64,000 bases of DNA from Octopus bimaculoides. Taxonomy: Eukaryota. Both the position numbers and the translations under genes were made by a program. The notes beneath the pieces were generated by a model. It was not told the origin of the DNA. It did not search any database and saw only the letters and a list, made by a program, of their open reading frames with translations. Shown piece after piece: positions 24,390 to 38,010 of this stretch (its first letter is position 1; every line of letters starts with the position of its first letter). The DNA lies in contig NC_068990.1 of NCBI RefSeq assembly GCF_001194135.2, positions 6,272,701-6,336,700 on the forward strand, read 5' to 3'.

Positions 24390-27050
24390 CACCACCCCCG
24401 CCTCTGTGACAATTTTGGCCAATTGTTTTTGCATTCCACACTTAAAAACCACCAGAGAAGCCATTTTAGTAAAACAAAGTCATCCATCAGGGCAGCTAAA
24501 TCAACAGAGTAGAGATTGCATTGCTGGTTGGGGAACCTTGATGAAGGCTTTGCAAAGATCAGAGAAGATGAAGAAGAATGGTTGCTGCTGTTCACAAGCC
24601 TTTTCTTGGAGTTGCCTTACACAGGAGATCATGTCAACCATTCCTGATGACCACCGAAAGCCACATTGAGATTCTGTGAGTACTTCTTCCACAACAACCA
24701 GCAGATGATCCAGAAGAATTCTGGTGAAAATGTTGCCGGCAATACTGAGCAGAGAGATATCACAGTAGTTGTTGCATACTGACCAATCTTCTTTCTTGAA
24801 GACGGTAATGGTGCTTGCATTTTGGAGTCATCTGGAATGGTCTTGGTGTCCCATATTCACAGTATCAGGTGGAACAGCTTGGTTCTCAATCCATACCCAC
24901 CACATGTGAAAAGCTCCAAGGGCATGTTGTCCGGACTGGGAGCTTTTCCAGGTTTCATTTGCTCGTTGGCTTTCGTGAATTCCTGGAATAATGACGGGTC
25001 ATCCATAGTTTGACATGTCACTGCAGAGTGTTTCTCAAAAGTTCTTTTGGGGTTTGAGAATGGATGTTCAGAAGATGAAAATGATCTCTGCAACGATGCA
25101 TGATCTCTTTTTCTTTGGTGAGGGTTTGGCTGTCAGCAATTTTCAAGGCACCAATAGACAATCTGATGGGGCGAAATATCTCCTTGGTCTCTGGATAAAA
25201 GCAACACATCTCTTTGGTTTGTGTAGCTCTGGAGTTCAGCAGCCTTTGTTTGCCACCAGGAGTTCTGGATTTCTCTGAAGCGCCTTTGACACATCTGCGA
25301 TTCTTATTCCTTCTTGTCAGATGGTTTTCAAAAGCAATATGTGCTGCTCTTTCCTTTTGATCAGATGTTCAACCTCTTCACAATTTTCAGCAAACCAGTC
25401 TTGCTTCTGGTGCTTTGAGTAGCTGATGACCTTGTCTGCAGCAGGTGTTACAGCATCACACAGTGTTCCAATCATTTAGTGAAGGATTCCCATTCTATCT
25501 TTCCCTCAGATGTTGGTTAACTACTTCTTCGAAGGCTTGGGATGTTACTGAGTCCTTCAGTTTGTGACAGTCATAGCTCGGTTTGCACTTTTGAGTATTG
25601 GGATACCGAGAGGGTGGATGTTGAGACAAGTTGAGACAAGAGATCACAAGTCGGTGATCAGCCCAGCTATCATCAACGCCTGGCAGAGATCTGGTGATCC
25701 TCATGTTCCTCTTGTCTCTGATCCTTGTCAATACATAATCCAGAATATACCAGTGTTTTAACCTCAGATGTTGCCAGATTGTTTTGTGGTGGGTCGGAAG
25801 ATGGAAGATGGGGTTCATACTATCAGGTCCTTTTCCACACAGAGTCTGAGGAAGAGGAATCCATTGGTATTGCAGTTTTCAATCCTCTGTTTGCCAAGGA
25901 TGCCTTACCAGAGATTGTGATTGTGACTGGCTTGGGCGTTGAAGTCACCAAGCATGTTCAGTTCATCATTATGCGGAACAGCTTGAATGGTAGCATTGAG
26001 AGAGTCATAGAAAGCATTTTTAATTTCATCATCTGGGTCTAGAGTTAGAGTACACATTGAGAGCAGTGTAAGGTCTTCTTGGGTAGTGGGATTTGGATGG
26101 ACATCAGATGTTCGCTTGTTGATGTTGGGGTCAGGTTGTGTTTCTTGACCAGCTGAGTTTTGATGGCAAGTCTGACACCATGGATGCAAGGTTCACTAGC
26201 ATCCTTTCCTCTCCAAAAGAACATGTAGCCAACTACCTTCACACTGCCATCACCAGACAAATGAGTTTTGCTCAGAGTAGTTATGTTAATGTGGGAGAGG
26301 GCAAGTTTTTGGGAGACAAGCACAGTACGCCTTTCAGATTAGGAGGTAGTTTGTATGTCCGTCAAATTTCTCATGTTCCATGCTCCCAAAGTCAGAGCAT
26401 AGGATCAAATTTTTCTACTGCTAAGATGGGATTCCACTAGTCATGGTAAACCAGAGAGCAGTGTCCAATATTTACCCCACCATTTCTAGGGGTTTTCCTG
26501 CACAGAAAGGGCTGCAGTGCTCCTAAATAGGCCAGCCTTGACATGTACACAGCTGCCAAAATCCTATGTTACTGCTACTTCACAGAGAAAATAACAATCA
26601 TGTGCACATCACCAATGTGTGTTCACAAGCTGGAAGCTTCCAGCATACCAAGCCTGCTCCTGATGCCTGTGGGTACATTGCCATTGGACTTGAAGAAGCA
26701 GTGGAGAGCATCATACAGGGTCCAGATGGGCTGTTCGCATGTTTTTATTAGGGTGGATGATGTTTCACAAAACCAATGCCCACACATTTTGCTCCAAGGC
26801 ATCCTCTGTGGCTCATCATGTGGTTGATGACAGGCAGTCTTGGAACAATGGAGTTGTGTTGAGCTGCCAAAACCCAATTCTTTTAGGGATTGCCTTGACA
26901 TCAGCCCAAATGGTGGTGCCATCTGTGAGAACATGTCTAGTCATGGGGAAATACTATCTTGGAAACAGTGACTGGAAGGGCATCTGTTTGTGGAAAAACC
27001 ATCCCCACATATTGTCTGCCCCATGTGATCATGGGACAGAGGATGTCAAA
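24390..27050 (-). mobile_element. Decayed RTE (BovB-like) LINE: 5' region, APE endonuclease and N-terminal RT
   Basis: LGDFNAQ, HLRLKHWYILDYVL...DHRLVI, KPGKAPSPDNMP, ESQCGFR..DMI..VRQLQEK..DLCKAF. Many stops and frameshifts, truncated inside RT. Confidence 0.9.
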
Positions 27051-27276
27051 TGATGGTGACAATGTCTTCACTGCATACTAACATTGATTTTTATTAGCTC
27101 CACCCTCTCCTTATCCCACCACCACCACCACCACCAAAATAAAACAACAACAACAACACACACACACACACACAAAAACTGTTCTATAGTACTTGATCTG
27201 ATATCAGTTTACTTCATTTGCAGTGTTGAAATAAAAGCTCCCAAAAACATTAGCTTAGAAGAAATGTGTTGAACAA

Positions 27277-27513
27277 GGCGGTGAGCTGGCAGAAACGTTA
27301 GCACGCCGGGCGAAATGCTTAGCAGTATTTTGTCTGCCATTACATACTGAGTTCAAATTCTGCCGAGGTCGACTTTGCTTTTCATCCTTTCGGGGTCGAT
27401 AAATTAAGTACCAGTTACACACTGGGGTCGATGTAATCGACTTAATCCCTTTGTCTGTCCTTGTTTGTCCCCTCTAAGTTTAGCCCCTTGTGAGCAATAA
27501 AGAAATAAGAAAT
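27277..27513 (+). mobile_element. Young tRNA-derived SINE with target-site duplication
   Basis: aagaaatgt(g/c)ttgaa flanks at 27259-27273 and 27514-27528, (AAGAAAT)n tail. Inverted family copies at about 28030-28200 and 55790-55970. Confidence 0.9.
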
Positions 27514-27779
27514 AAGAAATGTCTTGAATTACTTGGGAACAAAATGTTTAGTTCTGCTCTGAAGTGATAAGTTTATTGAGACATCTTAAACATAAATGAT
27601 ATTTGAGATAAAATGTACGAAGGAATGCTAGAAAGGAGAAGTGAGAAATGATATGTATATTTAAATAGAAGACAGCATAAATCAAGCTAAGCTAAAAAAT
27701 CAGAATTTATCACATAGCTTTCAATAAATTAAAATTTCTGGACGTTTTTGTTAGCAATTGTCTGAAAAGTCCTGCTTAC

Positions 27780-27862
27780 CTTTTCTTCGACTGTTGTCTT
27801 AAATTGTTTGGCAGTATCAGCAACTGTCTTACTAGCAAATTTTCCAACACTGAATAAATAAC
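27780..27862 (-). CDS. SYAP1: SYAP1 coding exon 2
   Basis: ttttctctacag| acceptor and AAG|gtaagc donor. 83 nt, phase 1 to 0, encodes (S)YLFSVGKFASKTVADTAKQFKTTVEEK, matching the remembered SYAP1 segment NYLFNFASAATKK...VEE. Confidence 0.9.
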
Positions 27863-29399
27863 CTGTAGAGAAAATAGAAGGTAGCTACTTAAACCAATAC
27901 CAAGTGGGGTTGTTTTTAGTCATTGGTGCAAAAAACAGAAACATATATATTAAAGGAAAATACGAAATATAAAACACTGAATGAAATTACACTGGTTTCA
28001 AATTAGGGTAAAAGGTCAACAATTTGGTGGGAGGGGATAAGTTGATTACATTGAATCCAGTGCTCAATCATTACTTACTTTATCAACCTCAATTGGATGA
28101 AAGACAAAGTTGACCTCAGCATAATTTAAACTCAGAACAAAGTGATGGACAAAATGTCATTAAACATTTTGCCCAACATGCTAATAGTTCTGCCAGCTTG
28201 CTGTCTTATTGAATAAAATAATATTAAATTAGTCTTTTAAGAGAGTGTTTCCTATTGATGAGTGTGCTTATGAGAAATGAAGTATAAGGGGTGGGAGAGA
28301 GAACAAATTACCATTTTTAATAAAATTAAGATGGTATAGAAAGAGTTACATACCATGGTATAGAAAGAACTACATAAATGCAAACTCTCTTTTGAATTTT
28401 TATTTATATGTGGAGAGGGCAGAAAAGAATTTCACTTTATAAATGTATGCGCAGGTGCAGGCATGGCTGTGTGGTAAGAAGCTTGCTTCCCAACCGCATG
28501 GTTCCAGGTTCAATCCCACCTACTAGAGCCTCAGGCCAACAAAAACCTTGTGGGTGGATTTGGTAGATGGAAACTCATTGTATATGTTTGTGTGTCTTTG
28601 TGTCTGTGTTTGCTCCCTCCATCACCACTTGATAACTGGTGTTGGTGTGTTACATCCCAATAACTTAGCAGTTCAGCAAATAAGACTGATAGGCTTTAAA
28701 AAATAAATCCTGTATACTTATATGAATGTGTATGTTGATTTGTCCATGCGCGTGTAAGTGTTAGGGCATGTCCATGTACGTGTTGATATAAGCAAGTGTG
28801 TCAATATACGATATATACAGTGATATGCTAATCTCAACCCTAACTTGGTGTCCTGATTATTAAAATACCTTGATTCAAATGAATCCCACAAACAATTAAT
28901 TATANNNNNNNNNNNNNNNNNNNNNNNNNNNNNNNNNNNNNNNNNNNNNNNNNNNNNNNNNNNNNNNNNNNNNNNNNNNNNNNNNNNNNNNNNNNNNNNN
29001 NNNNNNNNNNNNNNNNNNNNNNNNNNNNNNNNNNNNNNNNNNNNNNNNNNNNNNNNNNNNNNNNNNNNNNNNNNNNNNNNNNNNNNNNNNNNNNNNNNNN
29101 NNNNNNNNNNNNNNNNNNNNNNNNNNNNNNNNNNNNNNNNNNNNNATATATATATAGATATATATATATATACATAGAGAGAGAGAGAGAGAATGTGTAC
29201 TGTTCTGTGATGGAACCAAAAAAGTACTCCATCTGGTGAGAGATAACTATTATTTAATAAATGCAATATATGTTTCTATGTGCTACTATTAGTTTCATGT
29301 GCTGAGAGCATGTCAGACAGTATTTTTTAATGCATCTAGTGTCCTAGCACAATCATCAAGCACTGCCCACATGGCAGAATTAAATCGTTGGAAGTTTAT

Positions 29400-29700
29400 A
29401 CAGAACTGTGAAAATTAATGTTTCTTTTAAAATTGCATAGTATGCATTTGCATTAGTTTCATTTAATAAAACCTTCTAGTTCTTCTGGATAATGCTGTAA
29501 TTAAGGGAGCATGACATTCCCATATTCTCAGCAGTTCGTTTATAATTCTAAGAGCTTCACAATGATTACTAAAAATTTTCACGTCACCAATGTTGTAACT
29601 TTCAGCTATGTGTTTTACAGATTTTTCAACATTCTCCCCTATTTTCCTTTTCTGTTCTATCTTGAACACACAATCTCCTATCTGTTGTAAATATTCACTG
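29400..29700 (-). mobile_element. Pogo/Tigger transposase N-terminal (HTH-psq-like) relic
   Basis: KIEQKRKIGENVEKSVKHIAESYNIGD resembles TIEQKxEI..xE.GxSVxxLAxEYxIG. Confidence 0.45.
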
Positions 29701-30341
29701 CCACACTGATGCTCCCATGTTTTATTCTAGTGATTCTATCCTCTGCTTCTCTTTACATTGTTGACTGTACAGCCTCAAGCTTTCTCTTGTTAACTTACAT
29801 CATCTGTCAGCCATATTTTATAAACAAATATCAATTTTCAAACAAGCAGATGACAGATAATAGCACTTATGTGCATGCGTTAAGTAATAGGCGATATAAA
29901 AAATTCAATGGTTTGTTGCCAACTTAATGTGGCAGTCCCAGGAAAGGGGAGAATGCTACTGCTATTTAGCCCCAGGAAACACCGTTTCCAGTTGGCTACA
30001 TGACACAAGCGTTCTGTCTCCTTAAGTTTGAAAACTTAAGGACAAAGTTTGCAAAGTTTTCAAAGAATTTAGTTCAATAAAAAAACTACACCTCTCACTT
30101 TCCACTCACCACCACCACCACCACCAGCATTAAAGTTTTCAGTAACAAAGCTCAGTCTAAGTTGTTTACCAGCCAAGATTATTTTTCATTTCATTTCATT
30201 TTAGCTGTTTGCTTCATATTTACTTTTCTTGCCGTTGATGTATCTATTTACTCTGACAAATGATGTATAAAATTTCCCTCTGACAAACACTCCATATTTC
30301 CCTCTCTCTCTTTTCCTCCTCTCTCTCTTATTTCAACAAAA

Positions 30342-30746
30342 GGCGTAGGAGTGGCTGTGTGGTAAGTAGCTTGCTTACAAACCACATGGTCCCGGGTTCA
30401 GTCCCACTGCGTGGCATCTTGGGCAAGTGCCTTCTACTATAGCCTCGGGCCGACCAATGCCTTGTGAGTGGATTTGGTAGACGGAAACTGAAAGAAGCCT
30501 GTCGTATATATGTATATATATATATGTATGTGTGTATGTGTTTGTATGTCTGTGTTTGTCCCCCGAACATCGCTTGACAACCGATGCTGGTGTGTTTACG
30601 TCCCCGTAACTTAGCGGTTCGGCAAAAGAGACCGAAAGAATAAGTACTAGGCTTCCAAAGAATAAGTCCTGGGGTCGATTTGCTCGACTAAAGGCGGTGC
30701 TCCAGCATGGCCACAGTCAAAAGACTGAAACAAGTAAAAGAGTAAA
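30342..30746 (+). mobile_element. About 400-bp tRNA-derived SINE (second family)
   Basis: tggctgtgtggtaag A-box-like and gggttcagtccc B-box-like motifs, internal TA/TG microsatellite. Copies at about 14740-14810, 20370-20530 (-), 28455-28700, 46360-47360 (cluster) and 47790-47910. Confidence 0.85.
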
Positions 30747-31333
30747 ACTTTTTAACCATGTCGTTCCCCTTTTCATGTCATTATCATTTTTCATTCTCTT
30801 TCTCTTCACCTCTTACTTCCACTAATTACATGACAGCATAATGCATCAGTTAATAATACATCACTACCCCCTCTCTCTCTCTCTCTCTCTCTCTATCAGC
30901 ATTTCTTTAGCCTCACCCCCCAGGACATCACCCTTCTACCAAACATTGCAGTTCCAACTCTTTTTCTCTATATCTCTCCCTTCAACTAACTTTTTAACCC
31001 TGTAATAACTAATACATTCCCCCTACCTCACATTTTTTCTCCCTCTTTGCTTCTGCCTAGAATTAACCATGTCACACTTTTCTTCTTTCTCTCTTCCTTC
31101 TTTTCTACTTCTTTCTTTCACTCCTCCTTCTCCCACCTTCCCACTCTCATTCCATCTCTCTCTCTCAGTCATTCCACCTACCCCTCTCTCTAACTAACTA
31201 AAGCAAACAAGCAAAATTATAATATAGATTAAGTTTTAAAATTGTTTTGCAAAACAATTTCTTTATTCAAAGATTAATTCAGTAAACACTTTTCATAATG
31301 CCCTATGGAATGCAAGTAAAAATATACAAATAA

Positions 31334-31373
<40 letters not shown>

Positions 31374-31599
31374 ATGTGCATGCACATGCATGTCTGTGTG
31401 TATACCTACACACACATGCACACATTTTGTGTTGGGCATACAACTCTGCAAAATTGTACGGGAGTGGCATACTATATATGCTATATGACATGACATGCAT
31501 TTCGAGATTTCTAGACCCGTCCAGATCTACATGTCTGACCAAATACAATTTCTTCCAAGGAAGAGACAGTCAATCAGGAAGAAAAAGTCACAGAAAATG

Positions 31600-32520
31600 G
31601 AGAACTGATGCCAGTACAGGGTTAGTAATTTGTTCCTCTGTTAGAGTCCATAATTTTGGCCTTGTATACAAGTTCTTTTTCTAGACAGCTCTTATTTAGA
31701 GAACAGCAGTTCTGAGATCTACAGTGTCTTTCAGGGGTATTCCTGGTGGAGTTATTTTTATTGTGACTGAGTATTATCTACCCTATATTGAGGAGGCAAG
31801 TATAACTAATTTTAACAGTGTTTCTATTGAAGATCTTACGGTATTTGCATGAGTGTGGGAAGTGATTGTCTATTAATTTTCAAAATTTCCTCGGCTATGA
31901 TAGTGGCTACATTCATGCTATAAGGTGGGTTGAACTATAAGGTTTTTACATGAAATTATCTTTATGGTCTTTCAGGATTACAAAAGGGTTTTAAACTTTG
32001 TAGCTATATTTTTTGGGGCCTCTACATTGATTAAATAGAAAGTGGTAGGGTTTTGTCTTTTTATTTGTTTTAGTTATGTTATTGGTTAATAATGTGTTAT
32101 GTGCATGTGATTGTTTACTTCATAAATATGTTTTGATTTGTTTGCTTTTATAAATGTGTTTGGTGAGGTTTTGAAATGTTCAAGGTATGTTTGTAGTTTA
32201 TGTTGGAAGTTGTTGGATTTATAGTTAAATTTGACATTTTTAACTAATTTTATAAGATCGTCTTCAAATTTTTGTAGGTCTTTAATATGTAGTGGATTTT
32301 TGTATGATCTGAAACCATAACTGTCTTCCAAATGGGGCTGCATGTACCTTTATCAAAAAAATAGGCCTTCCATTTCATTCTCCTCAGAACATTTTCCGTT
32401 TTATTGATAAGATTTTGATGTACACTTTCTTTGGTGGTACAGGAATATTCTTCAATGATATTCTTATTTCGTGTTTTTTCCATGGTTTGTTTTGATTCTC
32501 TGTTCATGTTTAGTGCTTAT
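31600..32520 (-). mobile_element. Penelope-like element, internally deleted (N-terminus, RT tail, start of GIY-YIG)
   Basis: NLINKTENVLRRMKWKAYFF, YGFRS..DLQKFEDDL, LKDHKDNF joined to [24 protein letters not shown]. Confidence 0.85.
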
Positions 32521-32599
32521 CTGGTTTTTGAGAATGCAGAAAGCATTGATATGTAAATGTCAAACAATGAGAATGAGAGCTCAACACCGCATCGGTGGA

Positions 32600-33550
32600 T
32601 AAAGAAAAACTTTAGCTACAAAGTTTAAAATCGAAGATAGAGTAGAATGGCTTACCCCACAAAACCCTTTTGTAACCCTGAAAGACCATAAAGATAATTT
32701 CCCAAAAACCTTTGCTGTAGATTAATAAATCCCACAAAATATGAAGTAGCAATTATTAGTAAATCTATATTAGACATCATACTACATATCAGAGCATACT
32801 CAAACCTTGCTCAATGAATATATAGTAGCACAACTATTGAATGGTTTAAGAAAATAGAAAATAAGCCCAAATACAAATTTATCCAATTTGATATCATGGA
32901 GTTCTACCCCTCGATCTCCAAAAACTTATTTCAAAAGGCACTTGAATTTATTAAAGCATATGTTATCATAACAAACACTAAGATATAATTATGAATGCAA
33001 GGAAGTCATGACTTTTTCATAATTCCTACTGGGTAAAAAAGAATGGGGATGAGCTTTTTGATGTTACAATGAGGAGAAACGGCGGTGCAGAGACAGCTGA
33101 TCTTGCAAGCTGCTATATCCTAAGAGAGAAATAAAAGAAGTCAACATAGAATTATATAGGGACGATGGCCTGGAAGTGGTATAGAATAAAAATGGACACA
33201 ATGTGGACAGGATAAGAAAAATTAAGCAAAATATTTAGCCATTAGGTCTAAGAACAACAATTAGTACTAACCTTGAAGAAGTCAATTTTCTAGATATTAG
33301 CATGAACCTTAGCACAGGCAAATTTAAACCCTACCACAAACAAAATGAGGAAGCCTCATACAGACAGAGGCTCCAACCACCCATCAATCATTAAACAATT
33401 AGTTAATAACATTAGAAGGCACATTTCCAATCTATCTGCCAATAAAGTCACATTAATGCTGCATTAGAAAAGTCCAGCTTTAAGAATAGTATAAACTATG
33501 TGGAACCAAATGTCGATAGGCCAAAAAGATGTAGACAGAGAAAAATTCTC
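32600..33550 (+). mobile_element. Penelope-like element RT core
   Basis: ATKFKIEDR, LKDHKDNF, KFIQFDIMEFYPSI, YRDDGL, VNFLDI, ending at RQRKI. Confidence 0.9.
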
Positions 33551-34636
33551 CATGCAATAAGGGAGTTCCATAAATCCCATCAAATTCGTTAAAGATTGAG
33601 GAAACAAGTTGTTAAAATTTATAAGAAGTTTAATTCTTGCAGACGATCATTGCATACAAGGATATACTAATATAAATTCATGCTTGAATTAAATAAAATA
33701 AATATCACTGCACACTCCAGTGCAGGAAGGAAAGAAACCATAATACAAGGAACTTAAAAAAAAATAGAGCAGAAAAATTGGATCCAGGAGAGTCATATAG
33801 GTATCCATGCAAGAAAGAAATGGAAGTCATATCGGATATTGAACCATAACTAACGGCTTCAATGTTTATTTGAAGATATAAGTAAAGAGGTATCAGAGAT
33901 GTTCCCTCTAGAGATAAGTATGGAAATTAGAATTATAGCTCCATATATGCAGTGTAGGGCAAGTAAGTAGGAGAAATGTTCAATGGGAAGACAATACCAA
34001 ATGTAAATTAAACCTAACCATTGAAATCAATACGGAGTATAATATATTTTTAAAAAATCAATAAAAATTTTAGTAGTCATTGCCTGGTGGATTTGGCTGA
34101 AGAGAATCAGGCACCGCATGCAACACCAGTTTACACAAAAGTTCTTCTCCATATTCTTCCTTTTCATCATTTCCACATGATCTCTATACTAATTATTCAT
34201 CCCCTAACAACCATTCTTTACTTTTTGTTTCCTCTCTATACAAGCCAGAAAACAATGTCAGGAAGATGCACAATGTAAGGTTCCACCCTTCATACAAGTC
34301 CGATGAAGTGCCACTCTAATGTTTAAAGCTGCAAACATTACATAAATTCTTACGTTGAATTTTTGCGTAAACTGGCATTGCATGTAGAGTTAGTACAGAA
34401 ACATTTGTCAGGAATCATTAAACATGTGTTAAAGAATTTCTTGGCCTTTTAATTATTTGGATTATAATTTACTCTTTACCACACCCACATAACGGTTTTA
34501 CTGTCATAAAGCCAGGATTTTCTACACTTGGAGAATTTTAGTATTAGTCTGGAATCCCACAGTGTTGATGATTCAAAATTTGGTTTGAGTGGCTTCACTG
34601 GAATTACTCTACTTTTATACCCTGCTAGGACTTAAG

Positions 34637-34671
<35 letters not shown>

Positions 34672-34697
34672 CTGTAAAAATATGTGACACTTATTCA

Positions 34698-34774
34698 GTA
34701 GCCATGATAAAACTCTGAGTTTCCGATGCCTGGGCGGGGTTCTGCTCCAACCATCTCTTCAGTTATCCAGCCAC
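34698..34774 (-). ncRNA. Hammerhead ribozyme motif, family 3
   Basis: GTGGCTGGATAA-CTGAAGA-GATG...CATC-g-GAAA-CTCAGAG-TT-TTATCaTGGCTAC. Extended helix I, with one extra G before GAAA. Confidence 0.6.
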
Positions 34775-34932
34775 CGGCTCTCCGGTGGCTGGATAACTGA
34801 AGAGATGGTTGGAGCAGAACCCCNNNNNNNNNNNNNNNNNNNNNNNNNNNNNNNNNNNNNNNNNNNNNNNNNNNNNNNNNNNNNNNNNNNNNNNNNNNNN
34901 NNNNNNNNNNNNNNNNNNNNNNNNNNNNNNNN

Positions 34933-34978
<46 letters not shown>

Positions 34979-35544
34979 ACACACATACACACATACATAC
35001 ACACATATATCTGCCTTGTCTGGTAGTAGAGATAAGGCTTGTGAATGGGTTCCATCACAAATGACCTTGATAATTCAGTAGGTTAAACTGACCCCAAATC
35101 ATATTCTTATCACTTACCAGTAGGCAATAAGCAACTTTTTGATAGATATACCCCACCCCACCTCACCGACAAATGCTGCCACAGCATACTCTATTGTTAG
35201 AAGTGGGGATAACTGGGTCACTGGAGGTCACATATTCCTTCCTTCTCCTTAAAACCCTACTAAGCACAGATTTCCCTGATCTGATTAGATGTACATTATT
35301 TTGGTAATCTGTCAAATGAAATAGCAGCAGAATCAGTGAACAAGTTTTGCTGCATGGATTTTAAAATATGTTCAATCATTTGGCATGTGCTTCATTGTAA
35401 ACTTCATGTATTCACTGAAGAAAACAGTTTCTTTATAAAGATATAATTTACTCATTAATCAATTAAAGGAGTCAGTTAAGAAATGGCCATAATGAATTGA
35501 CACTTGTCCTTCAATTGTTACTTATTTATATTTTACACACATAG

Positions 35545-35577
<33 letters not shown>

Positions 35578-35694
35578 CACACACATAAATATATNNNNNN
35601 NNNNNNNNNNNNNNNNNNNNNNNNNNNNNNNNNNNNNNNNNNNNNNNNNNNNNNNNNNNNNNNNNNNNNNNNNNNNNNNNNNNNNNNNNNNNNN

Positions 35695-35726
<32 letters not shown>

Positions 35727-35911
35727 TACATGCATACACACACATATATATATTTACCTTCAACATGCTGGAGAAACGTCATTTTCGCCCGATCTCCCTT
35801 GATATAATTATGTACATTATTATTAATTTAATGTATTAATTGCCTATAAATTTTTATACTATGCTGACTACTTGATAAAAATCATTAACCCGATTTTTAT
35901 CCTTATATTCT

Positions 35912-35947
<36 letters not shown>

Positions 35948-35985
35948 TACATAAATATACATGTATACCTACAAATATATACGTA

Positions 35986-37274
35986 TATTAAGTTGGCAAG
36001 AAAATAATTCCGATTTTTTAGTGTGAAATAAAAGTCATTTTTTTTTCATACAAAGAATGAACTTTAATCATTTATTCATTTTCTATTTTGTTCAATGACC
36101 TTTTGCCATCTTTCTGGCAACTTCATGATTCCACGCTCACGGAACTTCTGGTTCTTATCAGCCAAAAACTGAAGCAAGGGCAATTTCAGGTCATCAGCAT
36201 TATTGAAAGTTTAACCATTCAAAGAATTTTGTGAACTTCGAAATAAATGGTAATCTGATGGTGCTAGGTCAGGGCTATTGGTGGATGTGACATCACTTCC
36301 CAACCAAACTCCAATAATTGTTCACGAGTTAGCAAAGACTTGTGTGCTCTAGTGTTGTCATGGTGGAACATGATACCTTTATGAATTTGCCAATTCTGGC
36401 TGTTTTTCTTTGATTGCTTCCTCCGGTTTCACTAGTTGTTGACAGTAAACATCTGAATTGATCATTTGGTTCCTTGGAAGCAGCTCAAAAGACAGAACAC
36501 CATTGTAATCCCACCAAATTGACAGCATGACCTTTTTTTATGTTTTTGATGCAATTCAGCTTTCAATGTGGTTTGCACTGTTCATTACGCTTGGACCATA
36601 ATCGTTTGGGATTGATGTTATTGCAGACAATCTATTTTTTCATCAGCAGTGATGATTTGTTTCAAAGAAAGGTCGATTTCATTGTGTTTCAGATGCATAT
36701 CACAAATATTGATGCGTTGTATTAAGTGAATCTCTTTCAATTTATGTGGAACCCAAATATTGAGCTTCTTAACAAGTCCAAGACATTTTAAGCGATTTTC
36801 AATTGTTGTGTATGATACATTTAACCTCTCTGCAATCTCTTGCACAGTTATGTGACAATCAGATTCAATTATGGTTTTGATTCGGTTATCATCAACTTCA
36901 GTAAGTCGACCAGAACGTTGGTCATCTTTGAATGAAAAATCTCCAGAAAGGTATTTTTAAACCATTTCTGACAGGTGTGTTCTGTTAAGCAATCAACGCC
37001 ATAAACTTCACATATTTCTTTGTGAGCTTCTGCAGCTTCCTTGCTTTTACAGAAATAAAAAAAGCAAAATATGGCAAAACTGTTCGTTTTTGCACGCCAT
37101 CTTCAAATTGATGCTGAACTAACAGATGTAAACAAAATTACGTGCAATTCATTTCTAAAGTAAGCTGAAAGTAACAGCTATCAAATCTCAAAAGGAAAAA
37201 TATCATAAAATTGACAAAAGTCATTCAAAAAAATCATAATTGTCTGCAAAAATTGAAATTACTTTCTTGTCAAC

Positions 37275-37280
<6 letters not shown>
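35986..37280 (-). mobile_element. Near full-length decayed mariner transposon (about 1.3 kb)
   Basis: TIRs tattaagttggcaagaaaataatt / aattactttcttgtcaacctaata, TA-flanked. HTH, WVPHKL and IITADEK motifs with stops. Confidence 0.92.
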
Positions 37281-37364
<84 letters not shown>

Positions 37365-37717
37365 TATATACTCACACACACACACATATATATACATATA
37401 TACCTTCATATATATATATATATATATATATATTCATATATATATATGCATATATATATACATAAAGGTTATGAAGGGTATTGGAGTGAACCAAACCCTA
37501 AGGATACAGGTAATACCAAGTAAGTGCTGTATACCGACTAGTTTTGCCCCTGGCGTGGTTGCAACATGAGTGGGGAATATAACATGGGTTGTGTATTAGC
37601 ATGTGTATATATAAAAACAAAGAATAAGATGAAGAGACTGATGGCATAAGTAGCATTATATTTATACATAAAATATAATTCTACTTATGCCATTGGTCTC
37701 TTTATCTTATTCTTCGT

Positions 37718-37754
<37 letters not shown>

Positions 37755-37823
37755 TACACACATATATATATATACATACATATACATATATATACATATG
37801 TATATATACATATATATATATAC

Positions 37824-37856
<33 letters not shown>

Positions 37857-37950
37857 CATATACACATATATATACATATACACATCATCACATATATATA
37901 TATACACATATATATATATATACATATACATATATTATATATATATATAC

Positions 37951-37984
<34 letters not shown>

Positions 37985-38010
37985 ATGTATACATATATAT
38001 ACATATAGAT
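37281..38010. repeat. Compound (TA)n/(CA)n microsatellite blocks
   Basis: Direct reading. Similar tracts at about 7050-7200, 20550-21000, 38190-38590, 39020-39080, 40480-40640, 49540-49810 and 62440-63010. Confidence 0.95.

Noticed and set aside
24640-24662. CTGATGAccaccGAAA motif
   Set aside because: It is the antisense of the RTE RT GFRxxxG motif. No helices I or III.
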